This document shows, one piece after another, positions 13,191-25,805 of a stretch of DNA of 64,000 nt. Below the pieces are notes generated by a model. That model made no database searches. It saw only the letters and a program-made list of their open reading frames with translations, and was not told the origin of the DNA. The translations under genes were made by a program, and so were the position numbers. The number at the start of each line of letters is the position of its first letter. Positions within the stretch are counted from its first letter, which is position 1. The stretch comes from Cycas panzhihuaensis. Lineage: Eukaryota; Plantae; Cycadophyta. The DNA is taken from positions 88,729,741 to 88,793,740 of the forward strand of contig CM041465.1 of NCBI GenBank assembly GCA_023213395.1, in the 5' to 3' direction.

Positions 13191-14169
13191 TTCAACTTAA
13201 TGAAGAACAACAAAATAAGGGCAATAAGAGTTCGACAAAATGCCATGTGGAGCAACCAAGACATGATTGCGCAAGATGATTGAGTTTTATGCCATGATCA
13301 ATGGTAATCAATTGGACTCCACATTACGAAGTCGCCATGGCACTGCCTTTACAATTCGCTAAGACCCAAGATCCCATTGGTTATTCGGAGGTTAAAAAGA
13401 AAAAACATTCACCCCATTCAAATTCAAGGACCAATAATTATCATTTAGGGGAAAAAAGAAAGAAAACAAAACCATTTCCCATTTGTGGCTCTCCATCTAT
13501 TTAATTAAATATGGATTTTGAAAGAACCTCTCATGATGTTTTACTTTTGTTAAAAAATGATAATAATAAATAAATTAATTAGTTAATTAAAATATATATA
13601 TACATATATATATATTAAAAAAATAAAGTGGGAGTCATTTTAATGATGTCAACGCGGATTACACTTCACAGATCCAAAGGCCACCTTAATGGCTACTTCA
13701 AATCTCTATAAAATAATAATAATAATAATAAAGAAAAATAAAAATTATTAAAAATTTTAATTTTTTTCTTTCAGCGACGTTGGCGAAGCAATTAATCGAC
13801 CAACCGTTGGCGTAGACCGGAATCGATCGCCAAGACAATGCTGGCGACAAGGCCAATTGGCGGCACAAGCCGATCGGCCAGCTGCACCACAGTAAGCCGG
13901 GCCTGCCGCTACACACGCCGGCCGATCGGACGCAGTCGCTGAATCGCCGACCGCTAGCATAGCCCAACTACACCGCAGACATCCAAGAAGATAGGCACGC
14001 GCATGGTGGCTAATTGGCCGGTAGACGTGGTGGCGCATTTACCACGCGTTAGAAAATTCTGAGAAGTTGGTGGAGACCCGGTGAAGAGTTATCTTTCTTT
14101 TAACAGCCCACCCTAAAATATCGAAAGAAAATCGTGTTAATATTCTCGAACTAGGACGTTGGCATCCAC

Positions 14170-16494
14170 GGAGGATGAGCGGCCACCGCCGATGGCTTCT
14201 TGCGACGACATGCGAACCATCGGAGTTCGAACCATGAAAACAAGTTGATATTTACACATGGGTATTGCCTTCCTATGATACTTACAGGATTTGGTGATGA
14301 ATTAAAATAGGATCGTCAGTACCCTCACAAGTTGCCATTGATTCAAATATAAGCTGATGAATATACTCCAAAAGCAAATTTGTCGTGGACTAGATACTCC
14401 ATGAGTTCGACTTGAGACCTCTTTGATCATTAGATCCAATATGGGGATGGAGGAAACTATGGCTAGAATTGTAAAATATCAAGCTCCCATAGTGTGACCA
14501 TGATTGATTCAAGACGTCATTAATGAACCTTGATTGCAACAAAACCATGGGTGGCCCTTGGTGTGTAAAACCATGGGTAGCCCGGATGTTTGGCTACATT
14601 TTGATTTCTCCACCACTAAAGAGTTTCTTTATCAACAAGCAACAAGAACTCTTCTTTCTTTCATCGGAAGGACTTGAAGGAATTATTAAGGATGATGATA
14701 GGTGCACTATATCCTGCAGCCTACATTATAAGTTTGGATACTGAGGAGGTGTTAACTACAACAATAATGTCCGGATTCGTGAGATTCGCCAAACCACCCT
14801 ACCATTTGTAGAATCATTAGAGAAAATGATCAAGACAAGATCAATATGGAGTCGCCATTTGAGATTGGGGCCACCAAATCATATGGCACCATCGGATTCC
14901 TAGTGCTTCAAAATGGGTGGAACTTAAAGCCAAAGATCGCAATGCTTTACTACGAGAGCAATTGACAAGCGCCAAAGTGGTTCAGCATCATTTTTAATTT
15001 TTCTAAGAATTCCAAGAAACTACAAGACATGTTATAAGGATATAACACGTAGACTAAGTAATCGACAATTAACGACAAAGTTATAAGCATGGAGTCGAGG
15101 ACATAGCAGTTGACATGTGGTTTCCTAAGGAGGGACATGAAGTCAAGAAAGCAGGAATCTAGCGGCGTTAATAAAGGATCGATCATTCGATAATATATCA
15201 AAGAAAATTTCATACTCAAGATGGTGGATGAGGAATTGGAACTCACTTAAAGAACACAAACATTATGGTGGTTGTAGTTCTTATGTATACGAAATTACTA
15301 GGGGAACAACGTTGCAATGCACTACCATGGTGGATGGCTTCTTATTTGCAAGGGCTCATGAAGGAACAATATATAATTGGTCGCTTTTATTTCAAAGAAA
15401 ATGAAAACATCTTTACATCGACTCATTACGGAACACTATCCAGTTTTAATTTTACACTGTATTTACTTGGGTTATGCTATGAGGAGTTTCACCTACCATA
15501 GTTAGCTCGGAATCTGACTATTTCATTACTTGCCACATTCCATAAGGATTCCACACTAAAAAAGAACCAACCCAAGATTCTAAAGAATGTCAGAACAAAG
15601 CAAAAGAAGCGGAAAATTGTAATGGTGCAAGGAACAAATGAATCAGATACCTCAGTTGACTCAGATGATTTAGATGAAGATTATGTAGTGGATTACTCGG
15701 ACTTCAGTTCAAGTGGAGGGGAGGACGATGAACTAGACGTGGACAATGAGTCTATACCGGCAAGAGAAGAGCAAGATACGTCTACTGCACCATATTTAAA
15801 TATTCTGGCATCTCCTACTATTAATAGTGAAGTTGCGAGATACGAATTGATGGGAGCAGTAAGTGTAGAGGTCGTAATGCCAGAGCACGAGAATCCACCA
15901 AAACCAAGAAAGGGGGAAAGAATAATAAACCTTATCACTGCATATCAAACAGTATTACAAGTACAAGAATCATTTTTGAAGATGATGGAAGATAATTTTG
16001 AACAATTACGAAAAGAGTTGCAATGAGCAAAAACAATTAGCTTGCGACATGAAAGAATTATTGCAGAAGAAAGAAAAGGAGTATAGTCAGTTATTTAAAG
16101 TAAATGAGGAAATGTACAATCGAGAAATTCATCATATTCAACGGATCAGCACATTGAAAGATCATCTTCGCAGCATTGAAGAACAACTTCGAAGTTCAAA
16201 AGAACATTGTCATCAGAATGAAGAATGGCCCCAAGTTTGGAGCAACGAGTTAAGGAATTAATGAGCCAAATCGAGGAAGAAAAAGCATGCTGACAACGAG
16301 TACTTCAATGCGTTGAAATAGTAAGTAGGAGAACCAGTATATGGCGTCAAAAGGCAAGTTCAGACCCACTTTATTCTAGGGCATCTTCAAAGCCAGCCCT
16401 GGGGGAAGCTTCAAATCTACCTACGACTCCAGCTCCGAACACGACTCTTATTCCAGATCAAATAGTAAACCTTGAGCGAGACGCTCAAGACTAA
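14170..16494 (+). pseudogene. Extra (env-position) ORF region of element B with an acidic tract and coiled coil, function unknown
   Basis: Sense-strand ORF fragments at 14523, 15265, 15622 and 15998 lie between integrase and the PPT. They include a D/E/S-rich segment and a heptad-like EQLRKELQ..LKDHLRSIEEQL. Final stop at 16492-16494. Confidence 0.55.
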
Positions 16495-16509
16495 AAAGGA
16501 GGGGATAGA

Positions 16510-16888
16510 TGTTGGGTATCAATTTTGTTAATAATGTCGTAGAAAGGGAGTTAGTTTTGAATTAGTTTAAGTTAGTTATCAAACGACATATGACTGTTCA
16601 AATATGTATATATATGTAATATGAACAAATCTAGGGAGGCGAGGTGGCACATCCTAGCCCAAACATATGGTTCGAACTTGCTTTTAGACGATCATATCCA
16701 GCTTTTGTACATCTGGTTTTAATACAATAAAAGTAATATTGTGCATATTGTGTGTTACTTCGTGACTGTCCATCTTGTGATGATTTGTATGTATATGGTG
16801 TAAATAATGTGGATAGTGTATGTAGTAATGGAGTTGTAACCTTCCTCTCCTTCTTCCCTAGTACGAACTCGAAATTAAGGAGACAACA
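16510..16888 (+). repeat. 3' LTR of element B (379 bp)
   Basis: TGTTG...CAACA directly after a purine tract. Confidence 0.85.
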
Positions 16889-19800
16889 TATATATCTATA
16901 TATATATGACAGCTTTGAGCAAAATTATTTATCCAAGAAACGAGAGGGAGGGAGCAAAATGGATAGCTACTAAATAGCATAATCTATCCTTAAACAAAAT
17001 TGAACTAAAAGAAACTATACAAAAGAAGAGTTACAAGTATCACCAAAGGAAAAAAGTTCCCCATTTTTAGTTCCCGAACATTTCAGAGGGTCGTCAAACC
17101 TTGCTCAGATACGATTTGAAGTATTTCTTTTTGAGTTTATCCTTATAAATCAGATAGAAGGAGAATAGACATAACACTTTATTAACTTAGGAGATCAATA
17201 TTGCGTAATAACGCACACAAGAGCACCAAAAGAGAGTATCAAAATACCTTCTTTTAAGAAATGTAAATAATGAACGACTATTATAAGTAAACTCTACCCC
17301 TTAAATAGACAAAAGGAGGATCAATCTTCAATAAGCCTATTGATGGCCCTAATGGCCTTACATGTCATTAATAGGCTTAGTGACTTGTGCATAAAACTTA
17401 ATAGTAAAAATCAACACTTAATCCTTGACGGTTACTCCATGGTGGTGCATCTTCTGCTTAAGAGAATGGATTACATTACAGCCTCTCACAAGAGACCAGT
17501 CTATGCTCCAAAACTTAATTATATGTTTAGTTACATATTTCTACAAACATTAGTCAATCTAAACTTTCATATCATTGGTATCAATTGGAATCTTGGGGCA
17601 CATGTACCTTAAGGTAATTCTAGTGTGCTAAAGAGAACTTGTTGAAAGAGTTCTTTTATAGAATTCATTCTTAGATAAAAAGTCAAAGAGTTCTCTTATG
17701 ATAAGAAATATTTTCTTGATAGAGGATTATGGGTGGGTGCTTTTGAAAAGATATTAACCAAACCTTTTTTTGGTGAGTTGCATAATTAGAACTGCTTCAA
17801 TAATACTCAAATGCCCGAGGCTTTGATATCATTGTTATGAAACATGTTTGCTAGGCTTTCAATTGATAATCAAATAATATAATGTGATTAATTGATAGCA
17901 TAGAAGGCTTCGCATAATCATGCAAAATAAATAATGAAAATATCATATAACAAAGCTTATCTCATAAATAAATCAACCATTATTACAAAAGAAAATGTAT
18001 ACCATATATGTACAAATAAACAAAAAGAATTAAAATGATTGTGTATTGTAGATAGTCAATCAAGAATAAGAAGAGATCATGGTGTAACTCAAAAGTCCAT
18101 CATTATAATTCAATGGCTACTTGTTCATGTTAGCATTTCCACATGCTACAATGTCTAGTCCATCATTTAGCACCTCCATTAATGCCAACATAAAAGCGAT
18201 GGCAAGGTAATATTTTTTAATGCTCCAATCAATGTATTAATCTTTCATGGATCAATCATTCTATAGGGCCATCTTTGAGCATTTATGTTACCTCTTACAC
18301 CTGGCTCTATTGAACCCACCAACAAAAATGAAAGTAGAAGATACTGTGATAAGCATTGCATACACATCCCAACCCCGTGAATAATTAGTTATCATTTCAT
18401 GGGGTCTTGTATGTATTCCTAACTATAGATACCTTGACCATAAAATCTAATCCATCCAATCTCCATGTGAGTCTAATCCATTAGATCCAACAATTAATCA
18501 ATTTAAAGCCTCACAATTTGCAAAAATAACATGCTTCAAGTCTCTTACACGCCACCAAATTTCCAATAAAATAGTATTCACAAGCATTTCAGGTAACCCT
18601 TGCCTATGGTTCTCCATATCACAGTGTTCCCTCTCATTCATGGCCTCTAATCATGTATATATTGTCATCAATGAAATGGCAATATCAATATGATATACGA
18701 TAAGTTCACTTTGTTATTTTTCATTATAAAATACATTTTATATATATGTTCTTCACCACTAAAAAGACATGCATACCTTTTACCGCTATTATTTCATTAA
18801 AAGCATGCATAATTGCAATATCATTTATATTTATGTTATGCATCCATAATAAGTGCAAAAAATATAAAAAGAGATTAGTCCTCAATCCACTAGCTTTTGG
18901 GTTTGAAGTGGATAATAATCATAATCAATAAGCACACTTGGTTAAATCTTAACCATATCACAATTATCAATATCGTTATATATTTCAACCATTTGTTTGT
19001 TTATTCCCAATCATATTTTGGGCTCATACATGGATACTGGCCTCAATTGTATGCATACTGAAGTCTGACTCTACATGCATAAGCCCCATCATTAATGCGC
19101 TATTATTTAGTAATGGTTAAAGTCACATCCTAGCAGTATAAATTTAGTGATATCTCAAAATTCCTCTACCAGAAACACAAGTTTATAAACTCACATTTTT
19201 GTATCCTAAAACTAGGCTTTTAAGTGTAAAATCAATTGTTAAGTATTGTTTTTAATTTGGAATTATAGAGAATTAAAGTATAACCATAAGAATTCTGCCC
19301 ATGATTATTCAACAAAAATCAAAAATCAGATTTCAGCTGTAGAATTTCTATCATGGATTTGGTTTACAATTTTTTTCATTTTTTCATCAAAAAAGCAATA
19401 TTTTATTTCCCTCAATTTCTTTCTAGTCATATTGCTTAACATACAAAGTTATATGGCCTACGTATATGTCTGTTATATGACCTGTCGTGCAACCATACAA
19501 TGTGCAATACAAATGTCATTTGCAATGGCCATATAAACATATTGGACAGTCATTTAGCCTATGAGTGTGGCAATTGTACCATGCACTTATGGGGGTGTAT
19601 GTCCTATTGTACCTACAGCCATATAGACCTCAGGCAATTGTACAACCCACCATAAATGCAACCATACAAGCCTCCCTTTGACCATGTACTCTAAATTTTA
19701 ATTAATATTTTTCACAGGAAAAAAATAAAAAAGAAAAACCCTTCTCATAAATGAATTTTAGAAAATAAATTAATTAAACCTTATAGGGCAAAATTACAGA

Positions 19801-22800
19801 GCTACTTTTTGTACTCTTCTTAGTATTCTTACCTCTCCATGATGTCACCTTGATTGAATAGCTTACTTTGGCTTTAAGCCTTCCAAAGGTTGTATGGTTT
19901 CACAGCTCTCAGATCTGTATGGCTTTCTGAGTTTTATAGCTATCATGATTCTGCAGCTTGCACAACATTTCATGGATAAAGATGATCCCTAGAGTTCTTC
20001 TCAAGCTACTTCACGACTTTTGTGGCTTCACAACTTCATAGCAACCTTAGGGTTTGGCTCATGCTCATTCATAACCCCCGTTAGCCTGGGTCCTCCTCAA
20101 GTACTTCTCAACATGTCGATAAGATGATACTTTTCTTTTAACTCAATGCATACTTATGTAGTAAAATAACCTACCCTTAAGGAAAGATTGTGCATGATAT
20201 TTGTTCAATCATTTGCACCATATCCATAACCCACCTGTAGTGACGTAGTCTAGCTCTCAAAAAAAGGGATGTGAGAAGATTCCATCTCAGTTTACATGCA
20301 AACACTAAATCATAACTTTGAATCTTTTTACATTCAGAAAACTTCGTTCTAAATTAATTTGGTGGCTAATTTCAATCATATAGCAACGGTAATACTTGGA
20401 GATTTGGCACCCGTGTTCTTTATGGAAGATTACAATGGCTCAACCACATGATCATGTTATTTTGGATCAAAGGCCCTGTTTCTACTTTTTCATTAAATGG
20501 GCAGACCGTAGACTTCAGGGTGCTTTCTTCACCCATTATTACCATTTATCATTATGTTGATCTTCTGTGTACCATATATATACTTTTAGTCTCTCATGTA
20601 CATTAATATATTTTCCTCCCTTTTTTTGTCTTTAATGACCCCCAACCACCTGCCATATGACAGAACAGCAAATCACTGAAAACAAGTGTTGTGTTTGTGT
20701 TAACCAGCACATCAAACCAAGCAAGAAAAAGGACTTACCCTTTTGTTTACTTGTAAAATCAATTTGCTTCTCCTTTACTTGAAAACCCGTCAATATAACA
20801 AGAAAATAATGAACTTTCAAACAACAAAATCAACATTGTGAACCCAACTATTGTCATCCCAATGGATACAGAGAAATTGCCACGCCATCCTTGTGTTACA
20901 GCCTATAATAAAGACTGGCAAAAATTATAGTACCGCAAGCCATCCTTTCTGAAAAATTAGGATATTCGTTTTTGCAATTTGGAAGATTTCAATAAGAATC
21001 TAGTGCAAGAATTTTTTTTTCAAATGGTTGTGTTCAAATATATACCTTTAGAGAGAAAAATAAAGCATCAAAACGTAACCCTGCACAAGTGTAGACAATG
21101 TCTTCTATATGTAAACTGTGCTCAATGGTTCTGAAAATATTACTGCAAATTATTCAATCCCTATGCAAATTAGAATGAGGATCCAGACAATGGACCATCC
21201 GAGCGTAATTAAATGGAAGCACTTATGTTGATATGAGCACACCTGGAGGATGAACTGTGATTGCTAAGCAGAAGCAAATAACACACAAATTTTGAGGATG
21301 GACAACATATCAAGTGTTAGAAAATGAAGAAAGAATGATTTCTCAAAATATTTTCATTATGAAATGCAGGTATGCTTTCATAATAAGAGAATAGTAATTT
21401 TAGGTAGTTACTGACCTAACCCACCCATCACTGCTTATAGCTATAACTACCTGAGATTATATTGAGCCTAACTGACTAAACCCTAATCTAGGTTAGCAGG
21501 CATTACATTAAAGTGTAGACTTGCTAGGGCTATAACTTCAGGTGCGTAACTTATATGCAAGCTATAGTATATTCATGGTACATTATACACCATCCAGCCC
21601 ACCCGTATGAATGAGGAGGGTAACAGAAAGAAACCAGGTGATTGCAGTTAAAGGGAGGCATCACTAGATAACAGAGAGTAGAGAAGAAGGAAAGGCAAGA
21701 GAAAGAAGAGCTTACCTTGAACACTTGCATGGTACCAAAGGTTGGGAAGATATTGAGTGCAAAAAAGAGTGAAAAGGAAAGCTTTCCAAGGCACCAAGAC
21801 AAAACAAATCATTGCCATGCCTGTCTGGACAGCCATGCCCACCCTCCCACCCCACCGAAAACTCTCTCTCTCTCTCGTACACACACACGCACCCACACCA
21901 AAAAGAAAATAGCAAAAAATTTTTGAAAGACTCAAAATTTATTAATAATAAGGAAAAGCACACTTTCTAATGTTTATGACAAAGGCAATCCCAGCATCCT
22001 CCAAAACAACTGAAGACCATAAAAGAATGTACATCAGACCACTCCAATCATCACCACACCCAGGACCATTTCATTTTGTCATGTGTTGCAGTTGGTGTTT
22101 CAGATGATGAAAAGCAAAAACATGCACCTGCTTGCACATGATGCATAACAGCATTACAAGAGAACCAAGTAAAGAAAGAGAAAAATGAACCAAGAAAGTC
22201 AATATGAAGGAATTGTCTCTCCTAGTAGAAGTAGAGAGTTTACACATCAATTGTAGGAACCTCAAAATTAACTCATTTTAAGGCAGCGCCCTCCCGTGAC
22301 TGGAAATAACCACCACCAGATGTCGACCTAATTCATCACTGGAAATTCCTTGCACCCCTGCACTTGGTGTAGGGCAACAGCATTCCAGTGTAGCATGTTT
22401 GCTCCTGCAATTTAGGTATGTTATCCCTCCAGAGGCTTAAAACACATCCCAAGAAGTGCCTCTGGTTGAAAACCATTACATGAATAGATCCATAAGCACT
22501 AAATCACAATTATTTTCTTGGATACAAGGGGTCCTTAAAGCTATTAATTACAAGTACCTCAGTGCAGCAATCCTTGCCCTTTCACACGACTAAACCATGC
22601 AAATCCGTATTCTCTAACAACAAGACTTCTTCAACCAAATAATTATGTGACACACATCAAGAGGTTCCCCGAAGTGCAAGACATGAATATCATGCACTTG
22701 CTCCCCATTTTGCAAAGAAGTCCTTCCATGCTGAAGCAAAGATCTACTCACCAATCCAGACAGCCATTGTCCCTTCATGTTGCTCGCATAAAATAATTTG

Positions 22801-22893
22801 TGTCTCTAACCACAAGTCCGAGGCTGTCTGTACTCCTCTGCCCACTTCAAAACTATCATTCTGCTGCCAAGAGTAGCTCTCACACAAACATTT

Positions 22894-22971
22894 CTATTTC
22901 ACATGAATATTATCCAGCTGATACCCATCTATATTGAGTTCACCTTCTGCAAGTCCCGCCCCTTGTTGTTG
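22894..22971 (-). CDS. ARR1/2: Type-B response regulator (ARR1/ARR2-like), last coding exon
   Basis: A tttgcag acceptor (AG 22973-22972) is followed by QQQGAGLAEGELNIDGYQLDNIHVK* (TAG 22896-22894), matching the conserved ARR1/2 C-terminus (Q)QEG...DGYSxDNIxV. Confidence 0.85.
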   Translation of the reverse strand, partial: QQQGAGLAEGELNIDGYQLDNIHVK

Positions 22972-23349
22972 CTGCAAAATCACACAACCCTCAAACTAGT
23001 TGGAAAGAGCACAAATCAAAAAGAAAATAAACCCAACTTACACAAAAAATGATGTCATTGATCATCAACAGAATTGTAGAAGCAACATTTCTTTTCAAAC
23101 TATTCTTTTCTAACTCAGCACATTTTACATATATCCATCCCTTTTCAAACTATTCTTGAGATTTTCATTTAAATAAAGTATCTCTCAACTCAACACATTT
23201 TACATTTATCCATCCATCTATTCAAATGACTGCATAAAGAATCTAACACCATGGATCGCACTGTGAACGAGCACATGGACATAGTATTTAACTAAGTGTT
23301 TGCTTTTTTCTCTATTTTGAAAGAGTATCTACTATGGAAGAAAGAAAAC
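22972..23349 (-). other. Last coding intron of the response regulator (378 bp, GT-AG)
   Basis: CAG|gttttc ... tttgcag|CAA, phase 0. Confidence 0.8.
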
Positions 23350-24863
23350 CTGCTTAAAAAGAAGACTCATGAGATCATCTTGAGAGAACTGCTCAGGAAG
23401 TAAACCACCTCAAATTTTGAGCTTGCCACCAAATCCGATACACCTTCACTCTTCAATCTTGGTCCACTATCAGCTGACTGCTCGCTTTGACATTGAGTAT
23501 TTTTAACTGCCCTTGTGTGTCCAGCATCTGAAAATCTGCTTGGAAGACCCAACCCTTTTCCAACAAATCCAAAACTCCTGACTTGTCCTTCGTCTTGAAT
23601 ACAAGGAATATTCAAGCTCTGGGATGCAGAATAGGCCTGGCTACAGTGTGAATTTGGTACAGAACTGCCTGTTTGGCTTGAGTCTGCATTCAGAGCTAAG
23701 TTTGGAACATGCCAACCTGGTTTGCTACCGTGGCTTAAGCTCTGGCCAAAGGCACTGAATGCACCGGTGTTTGAGTCGGGATGTCTTAAAGTCTGAGAAA
23801 CGACATCATTTGTCCCCCCAGGGCTTCCCATTCCTACCATGCTCAAGTCACCAGCAGTCCCTATTGATGTCAATGGAGTAGATGCTCCAACAATACCTGG
23901 CAGAGAATGATTACTGGCCCCCATAATGGGAAGGTAACGATTCTGGTAGTCTACAGTCGGCGTCCGTCCAATTCCAACAGATGTACTAGAAGCTGCCAAA
24001 GCCAAGCCCTGAGCAGGCATCGGTATACAATTTATTTGACCTGAACGAGAAGAACCAACAATGGCATTGCCCTTGCCAGTACTGCTGTTGCTTAGAGTGG
24101 GCAAAGGATTAGCCCTTCCTCCAATGCCATTTGAAAACACCTGCAAGCCTAGAAGACTAGGAGATGGCAGATTTAGAATTTGTCCTCCTTCAAGCTGTTC
24201 ACCTTGAAATTGTGCACAAGGTTGCTGTTGCTGGGCAGTGCTTGTTAGAATCTGTTGTTGATGCTGATGTAATGGGCGCTCCTGTTGCTGTTGTATCATC
24301 TGCACCATCAAAGGATTGCTGTGGGAGTTTAATGCTGCATTATTGCTTATCCCACTTGCCTGACCCACACCTCCAAGTCCAGCAGAAGCTGTTACAAGCT
24401 TCTGCTGCACTAAAGGAAATCCTGAGGATGTATCATCCATGGAGAACCCCGCATTTTCAAATGAAGGAATATGCTGTTGTGACTGGGCAAGTTGCTTCAA
24501 TTCTAAACCAGTAGGCAGGCTCTGCAGTAAGTTCCCCTGATTGTTCAGCACTGGCTGCCGAAACCTTACCCTGTCTGGAGAATTACAATTTACACCCTGA
24601 ATTTCCTGTTGTAAAAGGAATGCCAGATCAACACCAGGCATTCCCAGGCCATTGTTTGCATTTACACTCCCTATAAGTCTGGCCTGCAATGCCGCCAGAG
24701 TTTGACGTGATATTTGACCAGAGGCTGCCAGAGCTTGGAGATCAAGCCTTTCAAGTGAAGCAATTGAACTGAAATTTGCTTCTATAGGGCCCCCAAAGGA
24801 AGAGTTCAATCCACTTTGCTGTTGTGCTACACCGCTTACCCTTCTTAGGTAAAGCCTATATTT
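23350..24863 (-). CDS. ARR1/2: Type-B response regulator (ARR1/ARR2-like), large penultimate exon (end of the GARP/Myb-like domain plus Q/S/G-rich activation region), apparent 1-bp frameshift near 23408
   Basis: A ctgtgcag acceptor (AG 24865-24864) precedes KYRLYLRRVSG, the conserved phase-0 SHLQ|KYRLYL junction. The LDLQALAASGQI motif follows. After the shift the frame reads LPEQFSQDDLMSLLFKQ|gt (donor GT 23349-23348). Confidence 0.9.
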
Positions 24864-25247
24864 CTGCACAGAGATTTCAAGGGTTGAAAAAGAAAGAATA
24901 AAATTGTACTTGGATGTTACAACAAGTTCAGTTCAAAGAAGCAGAACCAAAGAAAACACAATCATAAAACCAGCGCATCTATCAATCCTTCCATTCTTAT
25001 TCCTCGAAGGTCTCATAATTCAGATGTGTCTCCATGTGCCCCTTCCTGTATGCAGGACAGTTAAGGGCAAAGCACCCAAAATAGATGACAATTTGAGAAA
25101 ACAACAAGGTACATTTCTTGATCATCAATTTTGAGAAAGCATGTGCACAACATTTAAAACCAAGACAATCAAAAATAGACAACAATTAAAAAAATTTCAT
25201 AAAACAAAAGATTATTTCTCTGAATCATCAATTTGGAGCTAAGTAAG

Positions 25248-25783
25248 TGAAAGACGAAATGGAGACAATATAGGAGCTAGAATCTATTGAGAAGCTGGAG
25301 AGGAGATCGAAATATGAAGGACAATACACTAGATTAATGAAATGATGTAGTACAACATAAAAGATGATAGGGAGGAGTATTGCACCTCAACTCAACCTAT
25401 CTCAACATACAAGCATGAAGGAGAATTCCTCTCAACACTTCAACTACAAGAGACACTTACAGCAGCATAACTCTTACTCAAAATACTACATACCAAAACA
25501 TGAGAATAGGGCTCCTTATAAAGGAGTATGGACGATCAGGATCTCAACATATGTCACTGATCAAGACTAAGAGCCAAATCTGATTAGGACTCTTCTATCT
25601 CCAAGGATAAGGATAGAGTCCACAAAAGTTGACTTCTCACAAGCACATGTGAGAAAAGTCACTACAAGACAAAAGACAATTTTATAATCCAACAAATGAA
25701 CACTTTGGGATAAAGGGCCTAAAGTGACAAAAATATTAATACACAAGGTCAAGACTTAATGCTTAGGAATTAAGGTTCTAGCA
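25248..25783 (-). repeat. 3' LTR of C2
   Basis: Direct repeat of 30793-31324, TG...CA. Confidence 0.95.
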
Positions 25784-25805
25784 CCCCCCGTGAATGGATA
25801 CAGCA

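Larger units (their letters stand above)
2205..16888 (+). mobile_element. Gypsy (Athila/OTA-like, non-chromovirus) LTR element B, degenerate, with a nested Copia and an extra 3' ORF region
   Basis: PBS 3221, gag/protease 3300-5721, RT-RNaseH-IN 10490-13180, PPT aaaaaggaggggataga 16493-16509, 3' LTR 16510-16888. Confidence 0.85.

Noticed and set aside
17300-17800. Possible very old Copia RNase H remnant (..ILTKP..)
   Set aside because: Too degenerate to support boundaries or identity by eye
18050-18660. Possible LINE 3' remnant on the minus strand (LLEIWWRVRDLKHVIF)
   Set aside because: A single weak motif, with no poly-A or TSD recognised
21478-21487. Telomere-type aaaccctaa motif
   Set aside because: An isolated single unit, not an interstitial telomeric array
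22417-22438. Partial complement to miR390 (tatgttatccctccagaggctt) on the + strand, suggesting a TAS3-like locus
   Set aside because: It needs a bulge plus a seed-region mismatch, and no second site or tasiARF sequence was found nearby. Likely chance.
24164-24514. 116-aa + strand ORF
   Set aside because: Antisense shadow of the response regulator exon with no independent support
25364-25570. Duplicated small ORFs (also 30908..31111)
   Set aside because: They lie inside the two LTRs of C2, which explains the duplication
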